Shown: positions 25,617-35,955, numbered from the stretch's first letter. The stretch: 48,933 nt of DNA from a virus (IMGVR_UViG_3300011336_000175:1-48933), one strand, 5' to 3'. Numbers and translations: made by a program. Notes: generated by a model not told the origin, from the sequence alone.

Positions 25617-26219
25617 ATGAAATGTTACGTTTGCGGTGATGAAGCTATTAAGCGTCATGGTAGATCGAATCTTTGTGCTCAGCACCGACGTTTTTTGCAG
25701 ATGCAAAGAACAGCTAAGCACGATAAAAAATATGTTCCATCTATTTATGAACTACAGAAACTTGTTCCTGTAGATATGAGGTGTGGTGACTGTGGGATTG
25801 AGATGAATTGGGTTGATGGAAATAACAGACCATCAAACGCAGTTCTTCAGCACTATCGAGATGGGACTCTTGGAATAACGTGCATGTCTTGCAATACAAA
25901 ACATGGACTTATGCCGGGAGATTCATATCGAGATATTCCAAATGGTCACAAACTTTGCACCAATTGCAAGACTACTAAGTCATTAGATTTATTTGGTAAA
26001 CGTTCTGCAAAGGAAGGCGATTACCCAAAAACTAAATGCAAACAATGCGAATTAGATGCACAAAAAGCATGGCGTCAAAAAAATCCAGAAAGGTATAAAC
26101 AATTGAACAAACGACATAACGACATAAAGAAATCTAATCCCGATAAGTATAGGGAACTTGACAGAAAGTATTACCACTTAAAAAAGGAGAGGAATGGAAA
26201 AGACTCACCCACACTTTGA
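25617..26219 (+). CDS. His-Me (Endo VII-like) Zn-binding putative homing endonuclease
   Basis: CGDC...QH...GITCMSCN core, extra CYVC and CTNC/CKQC ribbons, basic helical tail; visibly AT-rich. Confidence 0.6.
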   Translation: MKCYVCGDEAIKRHGRSNLCAQHRRFLQMQRTAKHDKKYVPSIYELQKLVPVDMRCGDCGIEMNWVDGNNRPSNAVLQHYRDGTLGITCMSCNTKHGLMPGDSYRDIPNGHKLCTNCKTTKSLDLFGKRSAKEGDYPKTKCKQCELDAQKAWRQKNPERYKQLNKRHNDIKKSNPDKYRELDRKYYHLKKERNGKDSPTL

Positions 26220-26619
26220 AGCTGTCAAAGTTGCGTTGAAGCAAGACAAGACGGGGTACATATTGACTCTCAATATTCATCCCGACGAGATTGACGAAAA
26301 CATAATGCGCGACTTTGTTGGTGCTAGATACCAAGTAGTTATGGTGCGACTTAATAACGAAGAACGTCCAATGAACAGAGAGCAAGAGCACTCTAACGAT
26401 GGCGTTCGTACTGCTGGGATGCTCTGTAGAGATCCCCAGTTCCACAAGTTCTTATACGACGGTGGCCACATCTTTATCTCTAACGAGGAAGAAGCAACCA
26501 ACTGGATGAAAGAGTACTTGGACATTCAATCCCGAACAGAAATAAAAGACAGTGCCCGTGCTCAAGAAAAGCTACGTGGCATAACACAGGAGTTTTCAGC
26601 ATGGAAGATAACCGTTTAG
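26194..26619 (+). CDS. Conserved hypothetical protein
   Basis: FEAVKVALKQDKTG...RDFVGARY...AGMLCRDPQF. Confidence 0.75.
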   Translation: MEKTHPHFEAVKVALKQDKTGYILTLNIHPDEIDENIMRDFVGARYQVVMVRLNNEERPMNREQEHSNDGVRTAGMLCRDPQFHKFLYDGGHIFISNEEEATNWMKEYLDIQSRTEIKDSARAQEKLRGITQEFSAWKITV

Positions 26620-26921
26620 TACCTTACTCAGTACACCTTAAGAGAGAGGTGTACGACAAACTAAAGCTGGCCGCTGGTCAGCGCAAGGCTTCAGCCCTCG
26701 TGCGTGATGCCATCACTATGATTGTCGAAGGCGATGACGAGTTCAATGGTGGATACAACAAAGGTATCCGTGACGCGATCTCTGTTATCAGTGAAGACGA
26801 ACTAGCAATGAGCCTTGCATACAACGGTGACACTGTTGCCGATCTGTTGGCGGAGAAGTTGTCAGAGATGATTGTTTCTCAGAACACAAAAGGTAAATCA
26901 AATGGCAAGAAAAAAGCCTGA
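26601..26921 (+). CDS. Ribbon-helix-helix-like DNA-binding protein
   Basis: VPYSVHLKREVYDKLK...ASALVRDAI. Confidence 0.6.
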   Translation: MEDNRLVPYSVHLKREVYDKLKLAAGQRKASALVRDAITMIVEGDDEFNGGYNKGIRDAISVISEDELAMSLAYNGDTVADLLAEKLSEMIVSQNTKGKSNGKKKA

Positions 26922-27096
26922 AGGTGTTAAGAGTCTTGTTCAGCTAGAGCCTATTTCTCTGGACAAGATGAACATGCTTGACTTCTTCGCAGCCTTTGTC
27001 CTCATGGGCTTGGCAGGCGGAGAGGACATGCAAGAGAACGCTCGCATGGCTTACGACCAAGCGGAGGAGATGATGCTTGAAAGGATGGAGAGATGA
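26902..27096 (+). CDS. Hypothetical protein
   Basis: LDFFAAF...AYDQAEEMM motif. Confidence 0.65.
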   Translation: MARKKPEGVKSLVQLEPISLDKMNMLDFFAAFVLMGLAGGEDMQENARMAYDQAEEMMLERMER

Positions 27097-28346
27097 ATGT
27101 AGCCATTGTTCAGTTTGATAATCGCAATGATGAGCAGTTAGGCTGGATGCGTAGGCTAGTTGACATCAATGTGCGTTATGCAAAGAAGCATGGTTACGAA
27201 CACTTCTTCCATCGTAAGATTCCTTTTGACGTTCCTCCGTATTGGGCTAAGCCTTGGGTGATCTTTGATGCACTAGAGCGTGGCTTTGACATGGTTCTAT
27301 GGCTAGATTCTGATGCGGTCGTGCATGATTTTGATAGAACCATAGAGAGTTTCTTTGAAGGTGATGAGCTTTTTATCTACACACCTGACTGTTCTATCTG
27401 GTCTGAGCCATTCAATGCTGGCGCTTTCTTCGTTAAGAAAGAAGCCAAGCACATCATTGAAGAGTGGATGACTCTGTACGACAGCACCATGTGGAACAAA
27501 GAAAATGAACAGTGGCACTGCCTCGGTTCATGGGCTGGCCCTGCTTATGAGCAAGGATCTTTTACCAAACATCTCATCCCAAAGTACGAAAAGAACTTAA
27601 AGAAAATTGATTGGAGGATTCTTCAGAACCCTTATCCGATTGAAGAAACATTTGTCATTCACTTTGCCGGACAGTTCAGGGTGGTTATACAAATGTATCT
27701 GCTTCCCAAAATGGAAGAGGAGCAAAGGCTGCTAGCCAATAGAAATAGCAAAGAAAGCATGGAAGATTTATTCCGATTGATGTATCACCACAACCTTTGG
27801 TCAAACAATGAAAGCAAATCTGGCCCCGGTTCTACGTTATTCCAAACAAAAAATATCATTGAAGAGTTACCTCTTCTCTTAAAGAAATATGAAATTAAAT
27901 CAATCCTTGACATACCTTGTGGTGACTTTCATTGGATGAAAAAGGTTGATTTAACTGGCATTGATTACATTGGAGCAGACATTGTTCCTGAGATCATTGC
28001 AGACAACAAAGCCAAAGCATCTCATAAATTTGAAGTTCTGGATCTTGTTCACGACGATCTGCCTAAAGTGGATCTTATTCTGTGCCGAGATTTAATGTTT
28101 CATCTGCCCTTTGAATCCATTTTTAAAGCGTTGGATAACATATCTAAATCCGGCAGTAAGTACTTATTGGCTACCAATCACACATGGAAACGTGATAGTA
28201 ATCAAGACATCGTAGTTGGAGAATGGCGACGATTGAACATGCGGGAAGAGCCGCTTAACCTACCACCCTTCATTGACTTGATCGTTGAAGGGAACAGCGA
28301 AGGCGGTCAGGAAGACCGATGCCTTTGCCTTTGGAAACTTAACTAA
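27093..28346 (+). CDS. Fusion of a GT34-like glycosyltransferase and a class I SAM methyltransferase
   Basis: N-terminal YAKKHGY, WAKP, LWLDSDA, FNAGAFF, YEQG, IHFAG; C-terminal SGPGS, ILDIPCGD, YIGADIV, DLILCRD..FHL. Confidence 0.85.
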   Translation: MNVAIVQFDNRNDEQLGWMRRLVDINVRYAKKHGYEHFFHRKIPFDVPPYWAKPWVIFDALERGFDMVLWLDSDAVVHDFDRTIESFFEGDELFIYTPDCSIWSEPFNAGAFFVKKEAKHIIEEWMTLYDSTMWNKENEQWHCLGSWAGPAYEQGSFTKHLIPKYEKNLKKIDWRILQNPYPIEETFVIHFAGQFRVVIQMYLLPKMEEEQRLLANRNSKESMEDLFRLMYHHNLWSNNESKSGPGSTLFQTKNIIEELPLLLKKYEIKSILDIPCGDFHWMKKVDLTGIDYIGADIVPEIIADNKAKASHKFEVLDLVHDDLPKVDLILCRDLMFHLPFESIFKALDNISKSGSKYLLATNHTWKRDSNQDIVVGEWRRLNMREEPLNLPPFIDLIVEGNSEGGQEDRCLCLWKLN

Positions 28347-28354
28347 GGAAATAT

Positions 28355-28570
28355 ATGACTGAAATCTACGGTGGCCACATGGCTTTCCCAATCCATAACA
28401 CTGGCCACGGACAACCATTTGATGAGGGGATGTCGCTCAGAGATTACATTGCTATCCATGCTATGCAATCTATGATTGTTGCAGGAAAAAATCCTAATCC
28501 CTATAACTTGGCTAGAGATGCCTTCAAGATAGCAGATGTGATGATGGAGCTTAGGAACTCTGGTGAATAA
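28355..28570 (+). CDS. Conserved phage hypothetical protein
   Basis: GG.AFP...GMSLRDYIA...AFKIADVM. Confidence 0.75.
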   Translation: MTEIYGGHMAFPIHNTGHGQPFDEGMSLRDYIAIHAMQSMIVAGKNPNPYNLARDAFKIADVMMELRNSGE

Positions 28571-28823
28571 CAAACTCACCGCCAAGCATCGGGAGCACAT
28601 AGGCAGGGTCAAAGAACTACCTTGCTCTGTCTGTGATGAACCCGGGCCATCGGACGCTCACCACGTTAAACAACATCAGCAGTACACAGTAGTAGCCCTG
28701 TGTAAATCCTGTCACCAAGGCCCGATGATGGGCTGGCACGGGCAGAAAAGGATGTGGGCTATCAAAAAGATGGATGAGTTAGACGCTCTAGCCGTTACGA
28801 TAGAGCGCCTACTTGAATCGTAG
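28563..28823 (+). CDS. Ref/DUF968-like His-Cys nuclease-fold protein
   Basis: LPCSVC...DAHH...ALCKSCHQG...HG. Confidence 0.7.
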   Translation: MNNKLTAKHREHIGRVKELPCSVCDEPGPSDAHHVKQHQQYTVVALCKSCHQGPMMGWHGQKRMWAIKKMDELDALAVTIERLLES

Positions 28824-28842
28824 AAATGATTAATGATTTCTA
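28821..28842. promoter_or_regulatory. 22-bp palindrome copy (inverted) at a convergent gene junction
   Basis: gTAGAAATGATTAATGATTTCTAc; supplies the TAG stop of both convergent genes. Confidence 0.75.
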
Positions 28843-31800
28843 CTTCAGTGCCTTGCGAGTATCTTCAGCTTGCTTAGCCAGCATGGAGATCAACTCCTTC
28901 ATCTGGTCAATCTGCTCCCGCTTGGTAGATCCGTCCAAGCTGGTGTCGTTAGTCACTACAGAAATTTGCTTACGGATGTTGGCCATCTGCTTAGATGTCT
29001 GGCTATACATCTTCTGAAGGGCAACTTTGTCACCCTTCTCTTCCATGATCTGCTGGACTTTATCCATATCACCGATCTCAGCATAGTGACGCATGTCAGC
29101 AAAAGCTTGTTGGATCTGCTTGTTGTTCTCATAGAACGCAGTCGTGTACTGAGACATGTTAGACGGCAGCGTCTTGACGAATCCAAGGCTGGCTTTGTCC
29201 ATCCACTGGGTATCTGGGTAAGCACCCTCTTTAAACGGCATGACTGCGTACATAGAGGTAGTAGCAACTGTTCCGCCAAGCCAACCAAAGTAGCCCTTAA
29301 TAGCATAGTCCACCTGAACTGGGCTTAACTCTGCTTTTTCTGGAAGACCAAAGCTAAGGACATTTGCTAATCCAATAGCCAAAGGACTTGTGGTGTCAGC
29401 TTTGCGTTCAGCTTTAGACAAAGCCTCCATACCGGCAGACTCAATAGGCGCACCAGTGAAGCTGTCTTTGTTAGCGTACAAATCCACAACAGGCTTGATA
29501 ACCTGTGGGAGTGGATTCATCGCAAATGTATCTAACATCATTCGGCTAAGAGCACTTGTGAACTGCTTGCCTTCTGCATTGGCATCAAAGATTTGTTCGG
29601 CTGTACGCTCCGCAATAGTTCCAAGAGCACCGATCTCAAACGGCTTAGGAATACGAAGAGCCGCTTCCATACCGGGTAAACGTATCCACCAGAAGTTATC
29701 TCTATCCCAGTCACTGCGCTTCTGGAACTCTTCGTCATCTTTGAATGCACCGTACAGGGCAAGCGAAGCAAGGCAGACTGCACTCGTGATGATAGAGAAA
29801 GCCTGAGCCTTCTTCTTATCGTCAAGGTCAATCTCTTTACCAGTCAGTGAGTTGTAGAACACACGGCTCGTAGGAAGAATGCCATCACGACCAAGTTTAT
29901 ACAAGCCTTGAATACGGGCGTTCATAAATGGTACGACCTGAGTCAAGTAACGGAATGCACCAAACGATCCTTGCATGGAGAAGTCCATCAAGTCACGGGC
30001 TTGGAAAGAAGCTTCTAAGTGAGAGTAACCTTTCTCGCGCAACTGGTTGTACAGTGCCATGCGGTTAGCAGCTTCAGACTTGTTACCTAGTTCTTCATAC
30101 TTTTCAAACAACTTAGACAAACCAGATTTAATCTTGTCTGGTGTGTCTAGAATGTCAGATTCTTTAACACCTTTAGCAATCAGTCTCTTGACCAGCTTAG
30201 ATTGATTACCCTCATAAGCCGTACCAAAGTTAAAGATTGCACCACCGGCCAGAGCAGAGATGTGTGCAGGGTTATTCTTGTCAGTATCCATCCATCCTTG
30301 CACAACGTTGGCAAAAGGATTCTTACTTAAGTCAGACACAGCCATAGCCTGCACTGAATCACGGAACAAGTTGTTTACCTTGAACGCAGGAGACATCGTA
30401 ACGCCGTACTGAAGCATGTTCTTAAAGTTACGAGACACATCTAAGAATTTAGACTGTGGCCCTAAGTATCCAATAGAAGTAATTGACTCAAGCAAGAGCG
30501 GATCTTTGATTGTGAAGTACTGGTTCTTGCCGTCAACTTTAACGGCCACCGTATCTTTACCCGGCTCAGACGCAGGTTCCACAGCACCCAACTTGGCGGC
30601 ATCTTTAAGTGTAGTAACAGCAGCTTGGTTCTTCATCGACGCAGACAGGATGTGACTCCAGTTACGCAGAGTGTTCTCCATCAAATCGCCAAACGGACGA
30701 TCACCACCACCCTCTAAAGCTTTAGAGAAATTTTGGCGGGTCAAGCCCGAAGGAGTTTGTCCACCTTTAACATCTTCTTCCATTTGACGATAGAACGGAA
30801 TGTAGTACATGTCACCAGCAAAATTATCGTAACTTTTTTGGTCTATCAAACCCTGATCCAAAGCAACATCAAGCACTGACTTGTTAATTCCGTTCATGTC
30901 TTTCAAAACAGAGTTATACAGATCAAGCCTTGACTTGCCGTTGATAGTTCCTTCAGCTAGCTTGGCACGATTTGCAACCAAGTAATCCATGTTATCGCTG
31001 CGTGAACGCTGATCGTCTGGCAAACGTGACTCTCGGTTTAGTGCAACCCACATCTGGTAGCGGTCAACTTCATTACCCAAAGGTTGTAAAGCTTCAATCA
31101 AACCTTTTGTGTTTGGCTTGATATTCAAAGCACCGCCGTCATTAAATACATGACCGTGGAACATGATGCCTTCAAGTGCCCCGTCAACAGTCTTAGACAG
31201 GCGAGCTTGCATGTAGCCAACAGGCGAGTAGTCTTTGATCGTGCGGTACTGGTCAGCAATACCCTGAGCCAAACGTTGCCAGAACCGATCCTGCATGTCG
31301 GTAATTTTCTCAACAATCGTTCTGCTCTGTGGTTTAAATACTTGGTTAGAAGCAGTAACAAACTCAGGGGGCAAGCCGGGAAGATTCTGAGCGGTCAGAG
31401 GTTTGTTCTTCTGTAAGAAAGTAGAAACTTTTTCTTTGACTTGATTGACAGATTTAGGCATCTCCATTTGATCTGTCATTTCCGAGTAGTCAACTTCACC
31501 CTTATCAACTTTAACGCCTTTAGGCTGTTTAGTTTGAGCAAGCCTGTCTACTAAGTTCATCACTTCGGTTAGGGCGTTGACATCTTTAATGCCAAGCAAG
31601 TCAGCTACCATGCGAGTAAACGCTGTCCATGCACTGCGACGACCACCGTAAGAAATCTGCATCAGTTCATACTGAAACTCTGGGTTAGTCATTGCCTCGG
31701 CAGTGAACTCACGCTCGTTAGTCAGGCCGTAAAAATCTTTACCTTGACGGCGCAGTTCTTTCTTAACGTGCTTGTAAAGTTTTTCAATCTGTTCGGCGAT

Positions 31801-34242
31801 AGGCTTTTGACGTTCTGTAGGATAACGCTGCGCCTTAGAGATCAATCCATGCAATGTCTCGTGAGCGTTTGTGTGCTCATCGCCCGCATAAGCTTTGGCC
31901 ATTTGGATAGAGTCATCAGCGTAGCGGTATACACCGGCCACACCAGCACCTACGTTACCGGGTTTCTTTAACTTAATCTTTGTTGATACACCACGACCCA
32001 ACTCACCAATCCGACGGATAGCTGGGTTCTTACTCTTAGCCAGAGTCTCAGCTAACTGTGCAAAGTTTCCCTGTTCATTAGCCGCACGAACCTCTGGATT
32101 GTTTGATGCAATAGGCATCCTTGCTTTGAATTCAGCAAGGTTTTTAGGCATCTCAGTACTGGGAGTAGGTGGCTCAATCTCAACAGGAGGAGGTTCAACA
32201 GGAGGCGGCTCAACCACAGGAGGTCTGCCTGAAGTACCGGGAGCAGGAGGTTCCATCTCACCATACACCTGAGTAGCAGGCTTAGTAACAGGAGGACGCT
32301 CTGGGCCTTCTGGTGTGGGTGTTAGCGTAGCACTAACAGGTAATGTGCGATCACCGCGAGGTTTACCCAAAGGAGCCGCAATAAACCAAGGCTCTCCATT
32401 ACCTTGATAGTTCAAAGGCAAAGGCATTCCTGCTTTTTTCTCTGCTTCAATAGCGGCTTCTACATCTTCACGGGTAACAATGCCAGCCTCAAAGTCTTTG
32501 ACCAGACGCATAGACGCAGGAGTATTTGTACGACGAGCAATCTCCATGTAGGCGTTGACAGGATCAATAACAACCGGAGTCTCAGGCTTGTTAATAGCTG
32601 TCTCAGGTAAGTTCTTGGTGAACTTAACTGGCACATCCAAAGACTGAATGGCAAATCTACCTTCAGCCGTAGGGTGAGGAACAATAGTCAAGCTATTAGG
32701 ATCACCGCCTTGGTTCTTCAACATGTTCTGCATAACCAACAAACGGTTCTTTGCAGCACGTTCTTCAAGGGGACGGTTGTCTACGATCTTAGGTGTAGGT
32801 GTCTCTTCTGCCACAGCAGTAGCAGGCTGTACGCCGGGAGTCTTAGACGACGCACCAGTAGGTAGACCAGCTTCTAGACGTAAACGATCAATCTCAGCCT
32901 GCTTAGCTTCCAACTCTGCACGAGGTGTAGCTTGAGGCATTTGCTCATTAAGACTAGGCTTGCTAGTATCTGGAGTTGGAGCTTCTGGTACTTGAGGAGG
33001 AATACCCTCGCGAGCCGCTTTCTCAGCTTGAGCTTTAGCGTCTGCATCAACCTTTTGCTGAAGCATATTGATACGCTGACGGCCAGCCTCTTCAGCAGAC
33101 AGCATAGGTTGCTGCTCTTGCTGTGGCTGTGCAACACCAGTGATCTCTTCAATTCTTTTAATAATGTCAGGCGTTAGCTTCTCAGGACTAAACCCAGTTG
33201 GTTCTGGTTGAGGAGCAGCAGGCGCGGCAGGGCCACGAGCTAAACCAGCAGCACCACCTAAACCTACACCACCAATGGTGGCCATAGCCGCAGCTTCACC
33301 CAGACCCTCAGTCAGACTCTGCTCAGGTTTGACCTGTTGCATGGCCAAGTTAGAAACAAACTTACCACCAACCTCTTCAGGTATCTCACCAAGTGTTTCA
33401 CCAGCAGCAGTACCGCCAGCCGTTCTAAGACGACCACCAAGACCAGCCGCCCCTTTACCGGGGACACCAGCCAAAGCTTCCTCAAGCTGACGAGCACCGG
33501 GCAGGCGTTGAGCCAAGATAGAAATAGTACCGGCAGCGGCACCAGCTTGACGGGCTAGATTCAATGCACCAGCAGCAGCCTCTTTAGGAGAAGCACCTTT
33601 ACTAATCAGTTCGTTGTATATGTTCTCGTATGCACCAGCACCTACGTCAGCACCCTGCTGAACAGCACCAGATCCAACCGCACCGGACACAGCCGCTTTA
33701 CCAGCCGCAGCTTCAGCCGCACCCAATCCCCTAGCCGCCATGCCCACACCGCGAGCAGACGCAAAAGGAACCAACAACTGAGGTGCTTGCTCTGCCAAGA
33801 AAGACAAGAGCAATGCAGGATCTTTAACAGTCTCACCAAGGGCAGTACCAAAGGCAGATAACTGACCTTGTTGTGCAGACTCAGCAATCTTTCTTGCCCG
33901 ATCAGCCTCACGAGCCTTAAGACCCGCAGACTTCATCTCCTCACCATACTGGGAGATCTGCTCACCAGCACCCAAAGCACCAGTCTTAGAGAAGTCTCCA
34001 GTAGCTAAGCCATAGAGTTGGCCGGGCAGTTGAACTAAGGATCCAATACCACCTATAACACCAGCACCGATGTCTTTGGCAGCTTCTCCAAAAGTACGCT
34101 CTTTAGAAGGAGCAGGAGGCGGCTGACCCGCAGCGGGATTTTTGGCAATAACAGCGGCAATGACTTGTTCTTTAGTCGCACCTGCTGGGCCATCAATCTC
34201 GTATGTCTTTCCATCTGGTGCGGCGATTTCATACGTTGGCAT
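28840..34242 (-). CDS. Large internal virion/ejection (polyvalent) protein
   Basis: 1800 aa; Gly/Ala-rich N-terminus, Pro-rich linker, AHETLHG (HExxH), C-terminal RDNFWW...RIPKPFEIG resembling LPD38. Confidence 0.75.
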   Translation of the reverse strand: MPTYEIAAPDGKTYEIDGPAGATKEQVIAAVIAKNPAAGQPPPAPSKERTFGEAAKDIGAGVIGGIGSLVQLPGQLYGLATGDFSKTGALGAGEQISQYGEEMKSAGLKAREADRARKIAESAQQGQLSAFGTALGETVKDPALLLSFLAEQAPQLLVPFASARGVGMAARGLGAAEAAAGKAAVSGAVGSGAVQQGADVGAGAYENIYNELISKGASPKEAAAGALNLARQAGAAAGTISILAQRLPGARQLEEALAGVPGKGAAGLGGRLRTAGGTAAGETLGEIPEEVGGKFVSNLAMQQVKPEQSLTEGLGEAAAMATIGGVGLGGAAGLARGPAAPAAPQPEPTGFSPEKLTPDIIKRIEEITGVAQPQQEQQPMLSAEEAGRQRINMLQQKVDADAKAQAEKAAREGIPPQVPEAPTPDTSKPSLNEQMPQATPRAELEAKQAEIDRLRLEAGLPTGASSKTPGVQPATAVAEETPTPKIVDNRPLEERAAKNRLLVMQNMLKNQGGDPNSLTIVPHPTAEGRFAIQSLDVPVKFTKNLPETAINKPETPVVIDPVNAYMEIARRTNTPASMRLVKDFEAGIVTREDVEAAIEAEKKAGMPLPLNYQGNGEPWFIAAPLGKPRGDRTLPVSATLTPTPEGPERPPVTKPATQVYGEMEPPAPGTSGRPPVVEPPPVEPPPVEIEPPTPSTEMPKNLAEFKARMPIASNNPEVRAANEQGNFAQLAETLAKSKNPAIRRIGELGRGVSTKIKLKKPGNVGAGVAGVYRYADDSIQMAKAYAGDEHTNAHETLHGLISKAQRYPTERQKPIAEQIEKLYKHVKKELRRQGKDFYGLTNEREFTAEAMTNPEFQYELMQISYGGRRSAWTAFTRMVADLLGIKDVNALTEVMNLVDRLAQTKQPKGVKVDKGEVDYSEMTDQMEMPKSVNQVKEKVSTFLQKNKPLTAQNLPGLPPEFVTASNQVFKPQSRTIVEKITDMQDRFWQRLAQGIADQYRTIKDYSPVGYMQARLSKTVDGALEGIMFHGHVFNDGGALNIKPNTKGLIEALQPLGNEVDRYQMWVALNRESRLPDDQRSRSDNMDYLVANRAKLAEGTINGKSRLDLYNSVLKDMNGINKSVLDVALDQGLIDQKSYDNFAGDMYYIPFYRQMEEDVKGGQTPSGLTRQNFSKALEGGGDRPFGDLMENTLRNWSHILSASMKNQAAVTTLKDAAKLGAVEPASEPGKDTVAVKVDGKNQYFTIKDPLLLESITSIGYLGPQSKFLDVSRNFKNMLQYGVTMSPAFKVNNLFRDSVQAMAVSDLSKNPFANVVQGWMDTDKNNPAHISALAGGAIFNFGTAYEGNQSKLVKRLIAKGVKESDILDTPDKIKSGLSKLFEKYEELGNKSEAANRMALYNQLREKGYSHLEASFQARDLMDFSMQGSFGAFRYLTQVVPFMNARIQGLYKLGRDGILPTSRVFYNSLTGKEIDLDDKKKAQAFSIITSAVCLASLALYGAFKDDEEFQKRSDWDRDNFWWIRLPGMEAALRIPKPFEIGALGTIAERTAEQIFDANAEGKQFTSALSRMMLDTFAMNPLPQVIKPVVDLYANKDSFTGAPIESAGMEALSKAERKADTTSPLAIGLANVLSFGLPEKAELSPVQVDYAIKGYFGWLGGTVATTSMYAVMPFKEGAYPDTQWMDKASLGFVKTLPSNMSQYTTAFYENNKQIQQAFADMRHYAEIGDMDKVQQIMEEKGDKVALQKMYSQTSKQMANIRKQISVVTNDTSLDGSTKREQIDQMKELISMLAKQAEDTRKALK

Positions 34243-34251
34243 GTAAATCCT

Positions 34252-35955
34252 TTATTTAACTTTAAGATTGCCCCATTGAGAAGTATCAACAGTTGGAGCT
34301 TTAGAAGAACCAGATTCTTCCATTGCTTTCTTAATAAGCTGGTTACGAATTGTAAATTGATCTGGCAAAGGTTTGTTCTGCTCTTTAGCAGCTTTCCTTG
34401 CTTCAGCAATATACGACATACCCGCCGTACTTGCTAGCCATTTATCAATATCATCCGAAGCTTGACCATAGGTAAGCTGACCCTTAGCCTCAACACCAAG
34501 TGTTTTAACTTCACGAATAGCATCTGGTAAAGACTTACCAGCTTTGACAGCAGCTTGTACATACTGCTCTTCAAGCGTAGCACGTTGAGCTTGAGGTATC
34601 CCTTTGAGCTTTTTATCGTACTCAAACTTGATAGCTGCCAGTTCTTTTTCAGCATCACGTTTAACAATGTCACTTGCCACTTGGCCTTGAATCTTTAATT
34701 GATCTTGTTTAAGTTCGTAAAGTTTCATCTTGCTATCGTAGACACCTTTAGAATCACCACGCTCTTCAGCGCGGCGCAGGTTAGCAATCTCAAACTTGGT
34801 CTTAGCATCGTTGTCAGCCAACTCTTGCTGCTTCTGTTCAAACGCTGCTTGACGATCTTCAGCTTCAGTAGCAGATTGGCTATATGCTTTACCAAACCCG
34901 CCAAACAAAGAGCCAATACCCTTCTGGCCGCGAGTAGCTTCACCCGCAGAAATCAAAGAGTTAAAGAAGTCACGCTGTGAACGACCAGATTCGCGTTGTT
35001 TAAACTTCTCTTCATCGCCTTTACGTTTGGCCACTCTGTCAGCCATGTAAGCCATGTAATCTTCACCAATAGGGGCTTGCTTTGGAGGCGCATACTCTGA
35101 AGGCATAGCAGGCAGATTTGTACCTGACAGGATACCTTGCTGAAACTTCTGTGCATCAGACATAACTGGCGCGGCAGGAGGAGCAGGCGGTGCTGGTGGC
35201 TGAGCAGGTTTTGGAGGCAACGTATTAACAATTCCACTGGGTGGTGGAGCAGGCGGAGCAGGAGGTTGCACTTTGGGAGGAACCGCAGCTTGAGGGCCAG
35301 CAAGCGCAGTAGCTTGAGCCTCAGATACGGGAGTTCTTATAGCAGCAGGTGGAATTATAGGTTGACGTAAAGCACCCACCGGGCTAGTATCTTCACCCGC
35401 TGCATCTTTGTAAGCTTTGTTCAGTCTATCTTCTGTAATAGCAGCTTCAGATTGAGCAGCCGCATAGCCTTCAGGATCCTTTAACCGCTGGCTCAAACTA
35501 TACGTTCCTAACTTTTGCTTTGCAGCTTTAGCAGCAGCTTCCGCTTCGCTAACTAAACCTGTATCTGCAAACGCAATAATGCCACCAGAACCAAAGTTCA
35601 TCTCACGAATAGGAAGATCAGCTACTCCGCCAGAAGGCATTTCTTCCTCTGGCTGTGCGGCAGGCTCAGGCGTACCTTCAGGGATAGTAGGCGCTTGCAT
35701 ACCCTGCTGTCCCATCTGCTGAGACATCTGACCTTGACGCAGTTTCTGTAACTGCATCAGTCCAACTTGCTGTTCAATGTTGTCTTTGACTGTACCAGTA
35801 GGAGGCTGAGCCGCCTTCTGTTCCATCTGTTTACGGCGATTCAATTCACCTAACGCCAAGTAAGGCGGCACCTGTGGATTCTGCCCATTTGCATAAGACA
35901 TAACAGCCTGCATAGGAAGATCCTTCAGGCGCTCTTGAATTTGAACCAGATTCAT
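34252..35955 (-). CDS. Internal virion protein (putative)
   Basis: 567 aa, Q/P-rich and coiled-coil, in the ejection module. Confidence 0.65.
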   Translation of the reverse strand: MNLVQIQERLKDLPMQAVMSYANGQNPQVPPYLALGELNRRKQMEQKAAQPPTGTVKDNIEQQVGLMQLQKLRQGQMSQQMGQQGMQAPTIPEGTPEPAAQPEEEMPSGGVADLPIREMNFGSGGIIAFADTGLVSEAEAAAKAAKQKLGTYSLSQRLKDPEGYAAAQSEAAITEDRLNKAYKDAAGEDTSPVGALRQPIIPPAAIRTPVSEAQATALAGPQAAVPPKVQPPAPPAPPPSGIVNTLPPKPAQPPAPPAPPAAPVMSDAQKFQQGILSGTNLPAMPSEYAPPKQAPIGEDYMAYMADRVAKRKGDEEKFKQRESGRSQRDFFNSLISAGEATRGQKGIGSLFGGFGKAYSQSATEAEDRQAAFEQKQQELADNDAKTKFEIANLRRAEERGDSKGVYDSKMKLYELKQDQLKIQGQVASDIVKRDAEKELAAIKFEYDKKLKGIPQAQRATLEEQYVQAAVKAGKSLPDAIREVKTLGVEAKGQLTYGQASDDIDKWLASTAGMSYIAEARKAAKEQNKPLPDQFTIRNQLIKKAMEESGSSKAPTVDTSQWGNLKVK

